A stretch of 56,759 nucleotides of DNA, the filler included, from Cladosporium halotolerans (taxonomy: Eukaryota): assembly GCF_011745625.1 (NCBI RefSeq). It is 2 parts of 2 records of this genome, joined end to end, with 100 filler letters (N's around TTAATTAATTAA, not from the genome) between each part and the next. Parts side by side here need not be neighbours in the genome. Positions count along the whole stretch, not along the records: positions 1 to 29,221 come from NW_027191531.1; 1 more part is not named here. One strand, written 5' to 3'. The position numbers and the translations under genes were made by a program. The notes below the pieces were generated by a model. It worked only from the letters and a program-made list of their open reading frames with translations. It had not been told where the DNA came from and did not search any database. Positions within the stretch are counted from its first letter, which is position 1; each line of letters begins with the position of its first letter. Positions 11,791 through 24,708 of this stretch are shown piece by piece.

Positions 11791-13203
11791 TGTGTTTGTT
11801 TGTGGTGTAGGTGGTGTGGAAATTACGGGAGTACGGTGAAAGTCGTGGGTGAAGAAATAGAAAGTAGTGGGAATGCGCCTCAAATGAGTGAGAGGTAGCT
11901 GGTGGTTACGAAAGAATAGAGAGTGACTGAGTGAATGTGCTGCGTAACGCGGTTGCTCGTGATCGTAGGATGAAGGAGTTGGGAGAGGCCCCCTGGCTGG
12001 GCTTCGAAGTCAGCCAGCCCGTCCTCCGCCAAGTGGGCGGCTGCGCAACGTCGGGCTAGGCGCGAAAGCATGTGTGTGCGCGGCCAATAAAACCCTCGAC
12101 AGTGTCTCTCGCGGTATTTGATGGTATTTCGCGTTCACAAGAGCAGGCAGAGACACTTGCGTAAGTGATGTCCTCAATTTACTCGCTGACCCAAGTCTTA
12201 CAGTATGCTCACGGGGCGCGTGTCGCCTCACACGCTGCAAGGCATCAACAATCGCCAGCGCACGCCGCTTCATCGATCAAGCAGCCATCACTTTCTGGGT
12301 CAAGGGACCAGACTCGCCAGACTTTTGGACGGCACATAGTACAGGGTCTCCCCATTGTTTCTGTCTTCGGGGAAATTTGGAAGCAGCTTTGACGTTCAAG
12401 CTACTATTCCCGTGCGAGGTACTATTGCTGTACGTAGAATGCCACACCGCACAGAATTGCTTGTGTTTTCATAAGGCAAGGATGCTATGACATGCTGCTG
12501 GCCCACGGACGTGCAGCTATGGCAGGATTTGGGCGGTGATCACCGCTAGTCGGTCTGTTGGTGGGGTTTGCGCGATGATTCGGGCTGCAGTGTTTACAGC
12601 ACCTGCACGACATCTGCCCGACACGCCCTGCAGTAAGCTCCCTTTGGCGAGCAGCGCCGCGCATCGAGTGCATGTTGTCTTCATCGTCGTCTGAAGAACA
12701 ATACCTGCTTCCGTCGTCCTCGATCATCGCAGCGTCACGCCCGTTTCACTCGCTCTCATTTCCATCGGCGGCCCCGGCTCCAGAGGCGTCCCGCACAGCC
12801 GGGCCCAACGGTCGTACTTGGAACGTAGTTGCCGCCCTCGAGCCAGCCTTTGCCAATCGCTGCCAGCACCCGACCGTGCTGACGACGGCTGAAGATTGAA
12901 GGACGCACTACACTACCGCTCGACTGTACCATATTTTCACCCGCCCACGCGACCCGGCCTGTCTTCACACGCCGTTGCCCGCGAACCGTCCAGCTCGACA
13001 TCCCACACAGCTCGACCCGCTTACTTCGAGTGGCAGCGCTGTGAATCTAGGACGCGAACGAGCCGCACCTGGCCGCACACGGACGCCAGTGCTATGCTTG
13101 CCTGGACCAAGGACAAGCGAAGCTCGACGCCGTCAATGTCCCACCTGAGGTCGACGTCGAGCCGCACATAAACTCCGGCGCTCCGGCTCGAAGGACGCCC
13201 GCC

Positions 13204-16200
13204 ATGCCAGCCCTACCTTCACCTCCCGCTGCCAACACCCCGCAAGGCCACCAGAAGAACCCGAGCGGCTCGCGACCACTCACGGCGAATCGCCCGGCTA
13301 GTAGGGGAACACCGAGGCAACAGCAAAATGCAGGGTCTGGAGGATCCCGGCCGACGAAGGTCAGAGGAGGAATGCCGTCAGAGGACACAGAGTTGAAGGC
13401 CTCGCGGCCACCAGGCAGAGATGGAGCGCGTGAGAAGCCTCCAAGTAAAGACGGTACTGTGCAGCGTACAGCGAAGGAGGTAGAGGGATTGAAAGACTTC
13501 GTGAGTGAAATCACCCGCACCATGCCACTGGTGTCTATGGGAGGGTCCCCGGCTTTGAGAGAGAGATGTACGAATGGGCTGTCAGGAACGGACAGGATGT
13601 TCCATTTAGGTCAATGGAGGTTTTGGTCTGGATATCGGGCCACACTTTCATTCGACCACTCGCTCTTGCCGTGAAAATAAAGAATTTCATGCTGACCCTC
13701 TGTAGCAATTAGGCGACTGTCTCGGCCGTGGCGCCTTTGGAAGTGTCTACCGAGCTCTAAAATGGAGTACCGGAGAGACCGTCGCCATCAAGCAAGTTCG
13801 ACTATCAGATCTTCCTAAGAGTGAGCTGAACGTGATCATGCAAGAAATCGACCTGCTCAAGAACCTCAACCACGCCAATATTGTCAAGTACCATGGCTTC
13901 GTGAAGACCACCGATAACCTCTACATCATCCTAGAGTACTGCGAGAACGGCAGCTTGCACAGCATTTGCAAGAACTTTGGCAAATTCCCGGAGAACCTCG
14001 TCTCCCTGTATACGTCCCAAGTATTGCAAGGCTTGCTGTTTTTGCACGAGCAAGGTGTCATTCATCGTGACATCAAAGGCGCCAATATTCTCACAACAAA
14101 AGAGGGCTTAGTCAAGCTGGCCGACTTTGGTGTTGCGACCAAGGCCCAGGGTCTGACAGAAGGCAGCGTAGTAGGCACGCCCTACTGGATGGCACCAGAA
14201 GTCATCGAGCTCTCAGGCGCTACAACGGCCTCCGATATCTGGTCTCTAGGTTGCACTGTGATCGAGCTGCTTGACGGCAAACCGCCATACCACAGGCTGG
14301 CACCAATGCCAGCACTATTCCGCATCGTGAATGATGATCACCCACCTCTACCGGAGGGCGCCAGCCCATTGGTGCGCGACTTTCTCATGCAATGTTTCCA
14401 AAAAGATCCCAACTTGCGCGTGACGGCGAAGAAGCTCCTCAAGCATCCCTGGATCATGAGCACCAAGAAGGAAGAAAAGACGAAGAAGCCCACCGAGTAC
14501 GACCAAGCCGTGAAGAGTGTGCAGGAGTGGAACGAAGCGCTCAAGTCGTCTCCGCCAAACCCACAAGCGTCAATCAGACGTCTATCAGGCAGGCCGAAAT
14601 CGAAAAGCCCCATCCCGCCCATGGTACATGAACCGCCTTCCAAGCAGCTGTATGAAGCGACGGCGACGGCGAAAGGTGGCCTCCAAATTGGTCACCGCAA
14701 GACGCACTCGGCTCAATTGTATCAGGAAGCCGAGGATGCGGATGACAGCGATAACTGGGACGACGACTTCGATTCTGGCATTTCTCCCGCGGCTCTCAAG
14801 TTCCCTCTCATGAAGCCTAAAGAGACTACTGCTGGCGATTTTACCGCCGAGAAGCTGAAGCAGTATGCGAGTCTACGACTTCCACCAGAAACCGATGGCA
14901 ACGTCGATGATTGGGATGACGAGTTCGAGGGAGACCTTACCGTGCGCTCCGACTTGCAGCTTGATCAGGGAGATGTTCTCGAGACCGTCCGCCCGTTCTA
15001 TCCTCCCCGGACAACAAGCACTGAGATGAGGCACAATCCACCTCCGCTTGGGCTTTCATTAGCCGAGCAGAGACGGCCGTCTAAGGACTATCAGCAGCGA
15101 AAGCTCTCCAAGGACTCACAGCCCACGACCCAGATCTTGCGGCCAGCGGCGCGGCCATCTTCGGCAAGATTGAAATCAAGTCAATCCTCAAAGAAACCCT
15201 CAAGTCGGTCTAGCAGTTTCGAAGAGCCCGATGTGGACGATGACTACTCAGATCTCATCCCCTTGGATGAGCTCGCATTCCAAAGGAAACTGGCGTCATT
15301 TTCCCCAGCGAAGAACCCACATGCAGCCAATATGCGCAACCTGCACAAGCTCGGCGGGAGTGTGCGGCGATCGTCTCCCAACCTCGTACACGACGCTGCT
15401 GACATGCGGCGGACTCGCAGCTCCGTCGAGATCCAGAAGTACGCCGAGGACGAGGAAGACGAGGACTTCACGGATCTTCACTTTGGCGATAACGCTGAAC
15501 AGGAAGTGCATCTCGTCTCTGCTAGCAAGCCAAAGGCAGCGTCGATCCCCAGCGAGTCAGCATCGGGATCCGAGCGCGGGACGCTCAAGCTCAGCGGCTC
15601 ATCATCGTGGCTCGGAGATGAAGAAGACGAAGACGATCCCTTCGCTGCGCTGGAAGAGGAGCTGGACGATGTCGATCTTGAGTCCAACGTCGCCCGTGAC
15701 AAACACGCCAGGCTTTGCACACTCGTTGAGGGCTTGGTCTTCGATCTGAAGCTCAGCCAGCCCGAGGACGTACTAGCAGAGATTGTCGACCAGCTGCTGG
15801 GGATTCTCTTCGAGAGTCCAGACACTAAGGGTGTTGTTGTGGCATCACACGGCATGCTTCCTATCTTGGAGATCCTCGACACTTGTTTCCGGCCTCTGAC
15901 GATCTTGAGGCTTCTGAAGATCGTCAACATCATCATCAGCAACAACGTGGAAGTCCAGGAGAATCTTTGCTTCGTTGGAGGCATTCCGATTGTGTCAAAG
16001 TTCGCCCACAAGAAGTACAGCAGCGATATCCGTCTCGAAGCAGCGAACTTTGTGCGCATGATGTACCAAACATCCACCCTGACACTTCAAATGTTCGTGA
16101 GCTGCGGCGGCCTCAATGTCCTGGTCGAATTTCTGGAAGAGGACTACGATGCCGACGCAGGCCGAGAGCTGGTCCTTGTGGGCGTCAATGGTGTATGGAG

Positions 16201-17830
16201 CGTCTTCGAGCTGCAAGGCCCGACACCGAAGAACGATTTCTGCCGCATCTTCTCAAGGAGCTCAGTGTTGTACCCTCTGTCTTTGGTGCTCAACCGCGTT
16301 CTGGACGAAGAGGGCGAGCTCGCCGATCTGGTGGAAGGCCGCATCGTCAATATCTTCCTGCTCTTTTCGCAGGCTGAGAACCATGTCAAGGAAATGGTGG
16401 CAGATCGCATGGTGCTCAAGCGCGTGTTGAAGGATCTGAGGCGGATGAGCCCAAATCATCAGGTCACGATGCTCAAGTTCATCAAGAACTTGAGTATGTT
16501 GGCCACTACGCTCGACGCGCTGCAGAACAGCAACGCGATCGAGGTGCTGACGGATCTGCTCAACGCGAGCATGAAATTGCCGCACTTCCGCGATGTCAGC
16601 AACCAGGTGCTGAACACCATGTACAACTTGTGCCGCTTGAGCAAGGCCAGGCAGGAAGATGCGGCCTTGTCGGGAGTCATTCCCCTTCTGCAACGAATCG
16701 TTAAGACCGAGCGACCTCTCAAGGAGTTTGCACTGCCAATTCTGTGCGACATGGCACATAGCGGCAAGGTGGGCAGGAAGCTACTCTGGCAGAACAAGGG
16801 TCTTCAGTTCTACATTGGTCTGCTGGCAGATCAGTACTGGGCTGTGACGGCCTTGGATGCCATCTTTATCTGGCTTCAAGAAGAAACAGCCAAGGTGGAA
16901 GAGCATCTCCTTGCCAGCGCCGGCTTCAGCGAAGCCATCGTGCAATGCTTCAACGAAAGCAAGGCAGACGCTTTCGAGAACCTCCTCGAGCCGCTCCAAA
17001 AGCTGCTCCGCCTGAGTCCTCCCGTCGCCGCCAGCCTCGCCCACCCAGACCTCTTTACCCGCACTATCCTCCGCCTACACTCCAAAAAAGCCCTCGTCCG
17101 CCTCAATCTCCTCCGCATTATCCGCAGCATCTGCGACGCCTCCGACGAGCAAGGCGCCCTCATCCGCACCTACGGCCTCATCGACAGCGTCGCCGACCTC
17201 GCCGCGCACGACCCCGCCATCCTCGTGCGCGAAATGGCCTCCGAGCTCGTCCGTAGCTCTGAGTACACCGTCCGCCGCTCCCTCGACATCCGCCCCGTGC
17301 GCCGCAGCTCCAGCAGCACCATGACGCCGCCCCCCATCATCCCGCCCGTCAGCAGCATGCCGCCCACCCCGACGCTCGGCAGCGCATCCTCCTTCGACAA
17401 CCGCCCCTCCAGCCGCGGCTTCTTCGACTTCGGCTTCGACAACCCCCGCCCCCGCCCCAGCACCGCCGTCGCCTCCCCCTACCGCCCCGTCAGCCGCGAC
17501 AGCAGCTCCGCCGGCTCCCAGCAGGGCAGCAGCTGGGGCAACGCCGCCTCGTCTTCCGCCGCTGCGGCGGCTGCTTCCACCAGCAACCTCAGTTCCGCCG
17601 CGAAGAGCAGACTCCCCCGCACCAGCACCGCAAACAGCAACGCCCGTCGCCCGCAGAGCAGGCTCGGCGTCGCCGCGCAGCACCAGCAGCTGCAGCGGTC
17701 TTCGTCACCGCTCGAGAAGGCGGAGACGCCTACGCACGCGCCTGCCGCTGCGAGGTCGAGCGCCGCGGCGGTCGCGAACGCAAGGAGTCGGAGGCGGCAG
17801 ACGGCAGCGGGGCCTGAGGGGTGGAAGTAG
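13204..17830 (+). CDS. sepH: Septation initiation network kinase SepH (Cdc15/Cdc7 orthologue), ~1473 aa; exons 13204-13500, 13706-17830
   Basis: Spliced LKDF|QLGDCLGRGAFGSVY, VAIK, HRDIKGAN, DFG, GTPYWMAPE, followed by a long ARM-repeat-like region. The intron is GTGAGT..GCTGAC..TAG. Confidence 0.93.
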
Positions 17831-18487
17831 AGTGGCGTGGGCGTGCTGATCTGATCGTGGAGGTCTCGCACTACGGCCTTTCTTTCGTCTATTTCTTTTT
17901 TCCTTTTTTTTCTTCCTTGGATTTCTTGTCGTCTCGGCTCAGCAAGCGAGCATGAGATACACCCTCTGCATCTTTCTTTCTTTCTTTTTGCCTTTTGGTC
18001 TCTCGTCACATCTTGGCCTTCTCCTTTGCATTTTCTTCTGCTGGGTGGGCATAGCGCAGGCGTTTTTTGGGGAGAAAATCTTCTCTTTCCTGCGGAAAAC
18101 GCAACGGCCGCGATGGAGCTGATTCGTATGGATGCAGATACGTACGTCTACCGCTACTACTGCCAAAAATTTGAATGTAATCACTCTTTTGTTCACCAAG
18201 TGTGCTACGTAGTGGTGGTGGTGAAGGTGCCATGGGCCGTTTCACAGCAGTGCGTTGCAGCCATGGCTTTTTGGCGGTACAGTCACAGACTGACTGGTGT
18301 TACGTCGAGAAGAATTCGATGTCTTTGAGATCGTTTCATTTTTCGTACAAGGATATATGTAATGCAAGCTTTCAGCGCTTTTCTCTATCACAGCGAAAAA
18401 GATCTCCCTAACAAATGTAGATCGAATTCCACTCTCCCACTCACTCACTCACTTTCACTCCCTCCTAGTAGCATCACTCCAACTCGC

Positions 18488-21085
18488 TCACGAGGCCTGG
18501 CCCCTCTTAGCAAGCAAATTCAGCGCGCTGCCGGCCAGCACAAACGCGCACTGGTCCTTGCTCAGCGCGTGCTTGAGCGGCACGCGCAGCGTGCTGCCAT
18601 CCTTCTTCTTGACCAACAAGTTCACCGCCGAAGACGAAATATCCCCCCCTTCGGCGCCGACCTTCAGCGCGGCCGCCAGGCCCTCCGTGGCCACCTCGTC
18701 GCAGCCGGCGAGCAGGTCGTAGTCGGCCTCGTTGACGAACGTGAGCGGCACGACGCCCTGCTTCTTGAGGTTCGTCTCGTGGATGCGGGCGAAAGACTTG
18801 GCGACGATGAGGCGCGCGCCGAGGAAGCGCGGCTGCAGGGCGGCGTGCTCGCGCGCGGAGCCCTCGCCGTAGTTGTGCTCCGCGACGACGAGCCAGGGCT
18901 GGGCCTGGGACTTCCACTTCTTGGCGAGGTCCGGGATGGTGTGGGCGGAGCCGTCGGCGTCGAGGGCGTGGTTGGTGGCGCCGGTCTCGGCGTTGACGGC
19001 GCCGATGAGGGTGTTTTCGGCGATGTTGGGCAGGTGGCCTTTGAATTTCAGCCAGGGGCCGGCGGCGGAGATGGTGTCGGTTGTGCATTGGCCTTTGACT
19101 TTGAGGAGGATTTTGAGGCCGGTGAGGTCAGTGGGGGCGCCGGAGGTGGTGGGCCAGGGCTCGAAGGGCTCGAGGACGGCGAGGCGCGTGGAGGTCGGGC
19201 TGATGATGACTTCGGCGCTGGGGTCGGGCTTGACGGTGTCGGGGGCGAAGATGGGGTTGCCAGAGGCGAAGCCCTGGCCGGGGAGGTCCTGGCCCACGGG
19301 GGGCTCGAAGCGGAAGCTCTCGCCGGAAGGGGTGGTGAGGCTGTCGGTCATGGGGTTGAAGGTAGTGCTGCCGGAGTATGACATGGCGGTGACGAGTTCG
19401 GGCGAGGCGAGGAAGTTCATGGTCTTGCGGTTTCCGTCGTTGCGGCCGGGGAAGTTACGGTTGTAGGAAGAGAAGATGGCGTTGTTCTCGTCCTTGGGGA
19501 CCTCGTCAGTGCGGTTCCACTGGCCAATGCAGGGCTAGTCGTAGTTAGCTAATGTCTCCAATTCAATCTAGATTCGTTCTACTTACTCCGCAAGCGTTAG
19601 CAAGAACGGTGCTACCAGCCTCAGAGAAGGTGTCGAGAAGTCCGTCACGCTCGACAGTAGCACGAATCTGCTCGCTACCAGGGGTAACAAAGAAGTCTGC
19701 CTTCGGCTTCAAGCCAGCGGCCTTGGCCTGCTTGACAAGAGACTCGGAGCGGGTCATGTCCTGGTATGATGAATTGGTGCAGCTACCGATCAGGCCGGCA
19801 CCGAAGGTGGTGGGCCAGTTGTTCGCCTTGACGGTGTCCTTGAATGCGGAAAGAGGGGTAGAGAGATCGGGGGTGAAGGGACCGTTGATGTGAGGCTCGA
19901 GCTTGGAAAGGTCGATAGTGATGACCTTGTCGTATTCGGCGCCCTCGTCAGGCTTAAGAAGGTTGTGGGCACCGGGGGAGCTCCAGATGGCATTGGCTTG
20001 GGTGGCGATAGGACCACGGTGGGTGGCAGCCAGGTAGGGGTCGTGGGAAGTGGGTGTGTACGGGAAGACACTGGTCGTAGCACCAACCTCAGCACCCTGT
20101 ACAGACAAGTCAGTAAGTGACATCCAGCATAAATCAATTGCTCAACAAGGAGACATACCATGTTGCAAGCAGTCGCCATGCCAGTGCACGACAGGCTCTT
20201 GACGCCCTCACCAAAGTACTCAATGATGTATCCCGTGCCACCGCGGACCGTGAGCTGGCCAGCCAGGTTCAGAATGATATCCTTGGGGCTAGCCCATCCA
20301 CTGAGCTGGCCAACAAGCTTGACACCAAGGATCTTCGGCGCCTTCAACTCCCACGCTGCACCAACCATAGCGTCCACAGCATCCGCACCGCCAACACCGA
20401 TCGTAATCGCACCCAGACCGCCAGCGTTCGGGGAATGCGAGTCCGTGCCCAGCGACATGAGACCAGGCGCAGAGTAGTTCTCCAAAACGGTCTGGTGGAT
20501 GATGCCCGCGCCAGGCGGCCAGAACTCAATGCCGTACTTCTTCGCCGCGCTCTCCAGGAAGTCGTACACCTCCTTGTTGCCGTCGATGCTGTTCGCCAGG
20601 TCGAGGTCCGCGCCGCGCTCGCCGACGATCATGTGGTCGCAGTGGATGCTGCTGGGCACGGCGGTCTGCGGTAGGCCGCAGCTCATGAACTGCAGCAGGG
20701 CCATCTGCGCCGAGGCGTCCTGCATGGCGACGCGGTCGACGAACAGCTTGAGGTTGGCCTTGGAGCGCACATCGCGGCCGCCGTTGGTGTTGGTCAGGAG
20801 CGACTCTTCCGCGTTCTCGTTCAGGTGGCTGTACAGGATCTTCTCGGCGAGCGTGAGCTTCTGGTCGGGCAGCAGGCGGCGGACCTCGTGCAGGTTGCGG
20901 AGCAGCTTGGCGTAGGGTGGCGTGCGCGACTCGAGGGAGGAGGCGGAGGGCGAGGAGGACTGCTCGGCGACGGTAGCGAAACCGTGCGAGTTGGCGGCGG
21001 CGGCGGGGAGGGATCGCGAGAGCGAGAGGAGGGACTGTTGCCTCCTGGCGGGCAGGGCGGCCGCCGTTCTCCTTGCTGCCAACAT
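18488..21085 (-). CDS. aco2: Mitochondrial aconitase-family protein, Aco2/AcoB type, 827 aa; exons 20159-21085, 19587-20096, 18488-19534
   Basis: Arg/Ser-rich targeting peptide; [38 protein letters not shown] (three Fe-S cysteines), [23 protein letters not shown] has Lys in place of the Aco1 Arg. Confidence 0.9.
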
Positions 21086-21829
21086 TATGGCCGGCGTGGT
21101 GTGTGACTGCTCGAGGGGGAGTCACGAGTGTCGGGCAATGGCGAATGTGAGTGAATGGCCCACGGAACTTTTTGGCCGGGGGCCGATTTCGCTGACCATC
21201 GCGGCGCCGGTGCTGGTTGGCTGTCCGCCCGCCTTTCCCCAGACGCCTGCACTCCGCAACTCGGTCTGCATGTCAGGTACCGACATGTGGTCGTGTGCAC
21301 GAAGTATTTTTTGGTTGTGATCTACCTTGGCTAGACCAGTATACTGAGCAGTGGGATTTCGTGGGCGGCGACTGATATTGCTGTACAATGCATATTGTAA
21401 AATGGGAGAAAAGTGGCGAATGGTTAGCACATTCATCTCATGGATCACATGTTGGTCCTGCTTCGTGTCGTTCGAGTGAACCTCGTCGAGATCAATGCTA
21501 TCAGCAGAAAGCGCGACGAAAAAGAGAAGTATGAATCTCTGTATATTTTTTTCGATACCTCGGAGTCAAATACCGATGCCCATAGACCAAGAGCTCACTC
21601 ATCAGCAATCGCAACTCAACGTCCAACCCATCGTCTCATCACCTCAACCCACATTTACATTCCGCGTCGCTCCATCCACTCGAGCAAAAAACCTCAGCAA
21701 CTCTACAAAACCACAGACACACGTATGCAGGCTCTCACACAGGCATAATTAAAAAAAAACAACAACAACTATACAATCCTGCCTAGCCTCGCAAGACTCC
21801 TGAGCCAGTAGCCCAGATCAACTCATCGT

Positions 21830-22772
21830 CTAACCCCAACCCTAACCCTAGCAACCACACACGTCCGACAACTAGCACCAACCAAGACGTCATGACAGTT
21901 AGGAGCCCGCGCGACGATAGAAGTCAGTAGTGAGGTGGTTGGAACTACCCACCCGAGAAGGATATCCTCCGTGGTCGATTCGCGTGGAGCGTACCGCGCT
22001 ACGGGATTCAGGCGCACTGCTCGTAGGTGAATTAAAGGAACCTTTCGACACATTGAGAAGAAAGGACAGCGTGAGAGGGCAGCCATGGCACTTTGCTGAG
22101 AGGCTACGAAACGAATTAATCTATCAGCACTGTTCGATTCGATTCAACAGGCCGTCTAGCTAGACTGTGTACACGATTGCGACACTTCCTTCCAAGCCCT
22201 CTTCGGCGGTGTCGTCAACCACGGAGCCATCTCGTTCCGAGAATGCAATGTTGCTCGCTCGCGGGCCGCACGCACCGGCATTCTGACGGCGACAGACGTC
22301 TCTCGGCGAGTGGCCCATATAGGCCCTAGATTCTCTGCGCTCCGTCGGAGCTTTACCAGAGCGAGCGCAGAGGTGTTTCCTGCGAGGGCTCGGGATCAAC
22401 GACCGCGCTGGCGATCGCCGCAAAGCAGCTGGGGGCTTGATCGATGAATGAATGCTGCATGAGCCGACCAGGCAGGAGCCGGTTCGAGAATCGGGCGTAG
22501 GACCCTCGTGAATGCGGACCGAGGCGCATTTCCAGAAAAGGTTTCCCAGACACCACAACAACTGCATCCAACAATGCATAGCAAACGACACAGCAACAAA
22601 CGGCCATGTCTCAGCCCCCCTTCGGCACCCGTTCCAACGCCCCGGAGCGTTGGCGACGAACGCTGGTAAGTTGCGGCTGGGAAACTGCCAGCCAGCCGCG
22701 CTGGGACGTTGGCAACGCGCGGAGCTAGCGTACCAGTCAAGGCGTCAGGCAGGCGGGTGTTGCTGACTACAG
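21830..22772 (+). ncRNA. Candidate structured long ncRNA (telomerase-RNA-like layout, unverified)
   Basis: No credible ORF; CTAACCCCAACCCTAACCCTA at 21830-21850; several 7-10 bp stems; terminal intron GTAAGT(22666)..GCTGAC..CAG(22772). No pseudoknot or P6.1 element was confirmed. Confidence 0.25.
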
Positions 22773-22877
22773 AGCTGCGGGTAGAGATTTCTGCGGGCGG
22801 ATGTTGATACAGTGTCGTGGTGTTGCGGAGTTGGAGTTGGAGTTGGGGATCGCAGCTGCATTTTTGGGATGGGGGGG

Positions 22878-23401
22878 TTACGTGGAGGTTTGCTCGCTGG
22901 CAGTATTTGTTAGCATTGAAGTTGAGAGAGCACAGCTAAGATGATTTCAACTCACCCAAACGCGCCCTTCAAGCCCTTCACGGACTGCGCGGCGAGATAC
23001 ACCGTCAGGACCGGCACGGCCCTCTTCTTCCTGTCGCTCAGCTCGTGCGCGCCCATCGTCTGGAAGGCCTCGTCGTCGGACAGCTCCGCGGCGCCGTCGA
23101 GTTTTGACTTCCGCTCAATCTCTACAATCTCAGACGACAGAGCGCTGTACTGGAAGACCTTGACGCCTTTGGCCTGCAGGTCGCGTTTGGCGATCTCGGC
23201 GACGCTGATGAGTTTGCTGGACCATCGGGACTGGGCGCGGAGGATTACGAGGGGCGGTTTGGTGGTGTCGGTTTGGGGATTGACGGCCGGCGAGAGGGCT
23301 GTTATTACGGCGGTTGCGCGGGAGGAGATTTGGGTGTTGGATTGGATTGCGAGGGAGGTGGTGGCGTATTTTTCTGAGAGAGACTTTTCGTCGAAGGCCA
23401 T
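22878..23401 (-). CDS. Alba-domain RNA-binding protein (Pop6/Rpp25-like), 154 aa; exons 22956-23401, 22878-22896
   Basis: Alba-type helix SSKLISVAEIAKR and C-terminal strand VPVLTVYL. The intron GTGAGT..GCTAAC..CAG gives the ending FGEQTST*. Confidence 0.75.
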
Positions 23402-24684
23402 TTTGGCTGGATGGTCTTGCTGATATTGCAGTAATCTCTGCGCCGCACCTAGATCCAATGGCGTTCGGTCCTGTCCAGCCGGATGCGGTATAATCGGTGG
23501 CGCGATTGGCGCGAGATCATGTGACGGTTGCGAAATGAATTGTCGAACTAAGGTCATGTGACAGACGAAATCTGATTGGACGGACGACCATTCGCCGCGG
23601 CCCTTCCTATATCGGACGGGATGAGGGCACACGCTACTCTCGCGGCGAAGTCGGGCGACGTTGTGCTCCAGTCAGCGATCGCCCCAAATGAAAGTTCAAT
23701 CACCTCAGATCAGAGTTCAGGTCCCGGGGCAGCGCGAGTCGCGGGCTGCGCCGGGACGAGTGGGCCGGGCAGGCCGCGGGCGCGCAAGCCGAGACAGCGT
23801 CGTTCCAGATCGCGGGCTCGCGGGCCACGCAATTCCCTGCGATGCTTCCCTGAGGTGCCGCAGCCGCGACAGGTGGCAGCCGGCGACCGTGCACTATTCA
23901 GGGCCTCGAGACGTTGGGAGTGAGAGGACGGCGGCGGATAGAGAGCCACGTTTCTGGCTGACGGTACCTGCGAAAAATACGCAGGTACAGAGGGCGCACG
24001 TGATGCGGCGAAGAAAAAAGATGCGAAAAAGCCTACCACCCTCCCATACCAGGCCGCGAGAGCTGGCGGATATAGAGTTGCGGCTCCGGTGAGGCGGCGG
24101 CGCCATGCGTGGCTCGATGTGCGATGATGGATGCACGATGTCAACGAATGCGGAGGAGCGGCATGATGCTTGGAGCTAGGGTGGGCGAGTGGGTAGCCCA
24201 AGCCGGCGCCGTGATGCTCTCATCATCTCATGGCTGGCACAGGCTGGCAGACGCGCCTTGCCGCGCCTTGCTGTTGGGGTGTGCACCGCATTCCAGACGC
24301 GGCGTATCGGCGTGTGCGCACGCGCGTGTGTGCCTGTGGCATGCGTGAGGCTGCGACGTACCGATATGCCAAAGACCTGCATGGGCCGCGGCGGCGACGT
24401 GGCTCACTCAGCCGTGGGAGTCACCGCGCTCGCGGGCTGGCCAGGTGGTGCATGCTGCATAAGGTACCTTAGGTAGCTCGCATAGATACCGGCGCAGCCT
24501 CAGGGGGCAGCACTCCAGCGCTTCTCGAAGGCGCGGCGGCAGCGAATAGAGGCGTCATCGCGCGAGGTGCGCAGCGCGCGCGGCCAATGGGAAGCGCGAC
24601 GGGGCTTCGCTCCCGCACGGGACGGCGGGTGGCTGCAGAGCGCGCTAGGCTGGCTCTGGCTGGCCGGCGGCGTGGGAGCGGCGG

Positions 24685-24708
24685 GCTGCTGCTGCTGCTG
24701 CTGCTGCT
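24685..24708. repeat. (GCT)8 microsatellite upstream of the Ahc1-like gene
   Basis: Direct reading. Confidence 0.9.

Noticed and set aside
21885..22301. RNase P/MRP or snR30 identity for the structured region (GAATGCAATG, ATATCC..CCAT look-alikes)
   Set aside because: The conserved CR-I/CR-V sequences, P3 helix and exact m1/m2 motifs are absent
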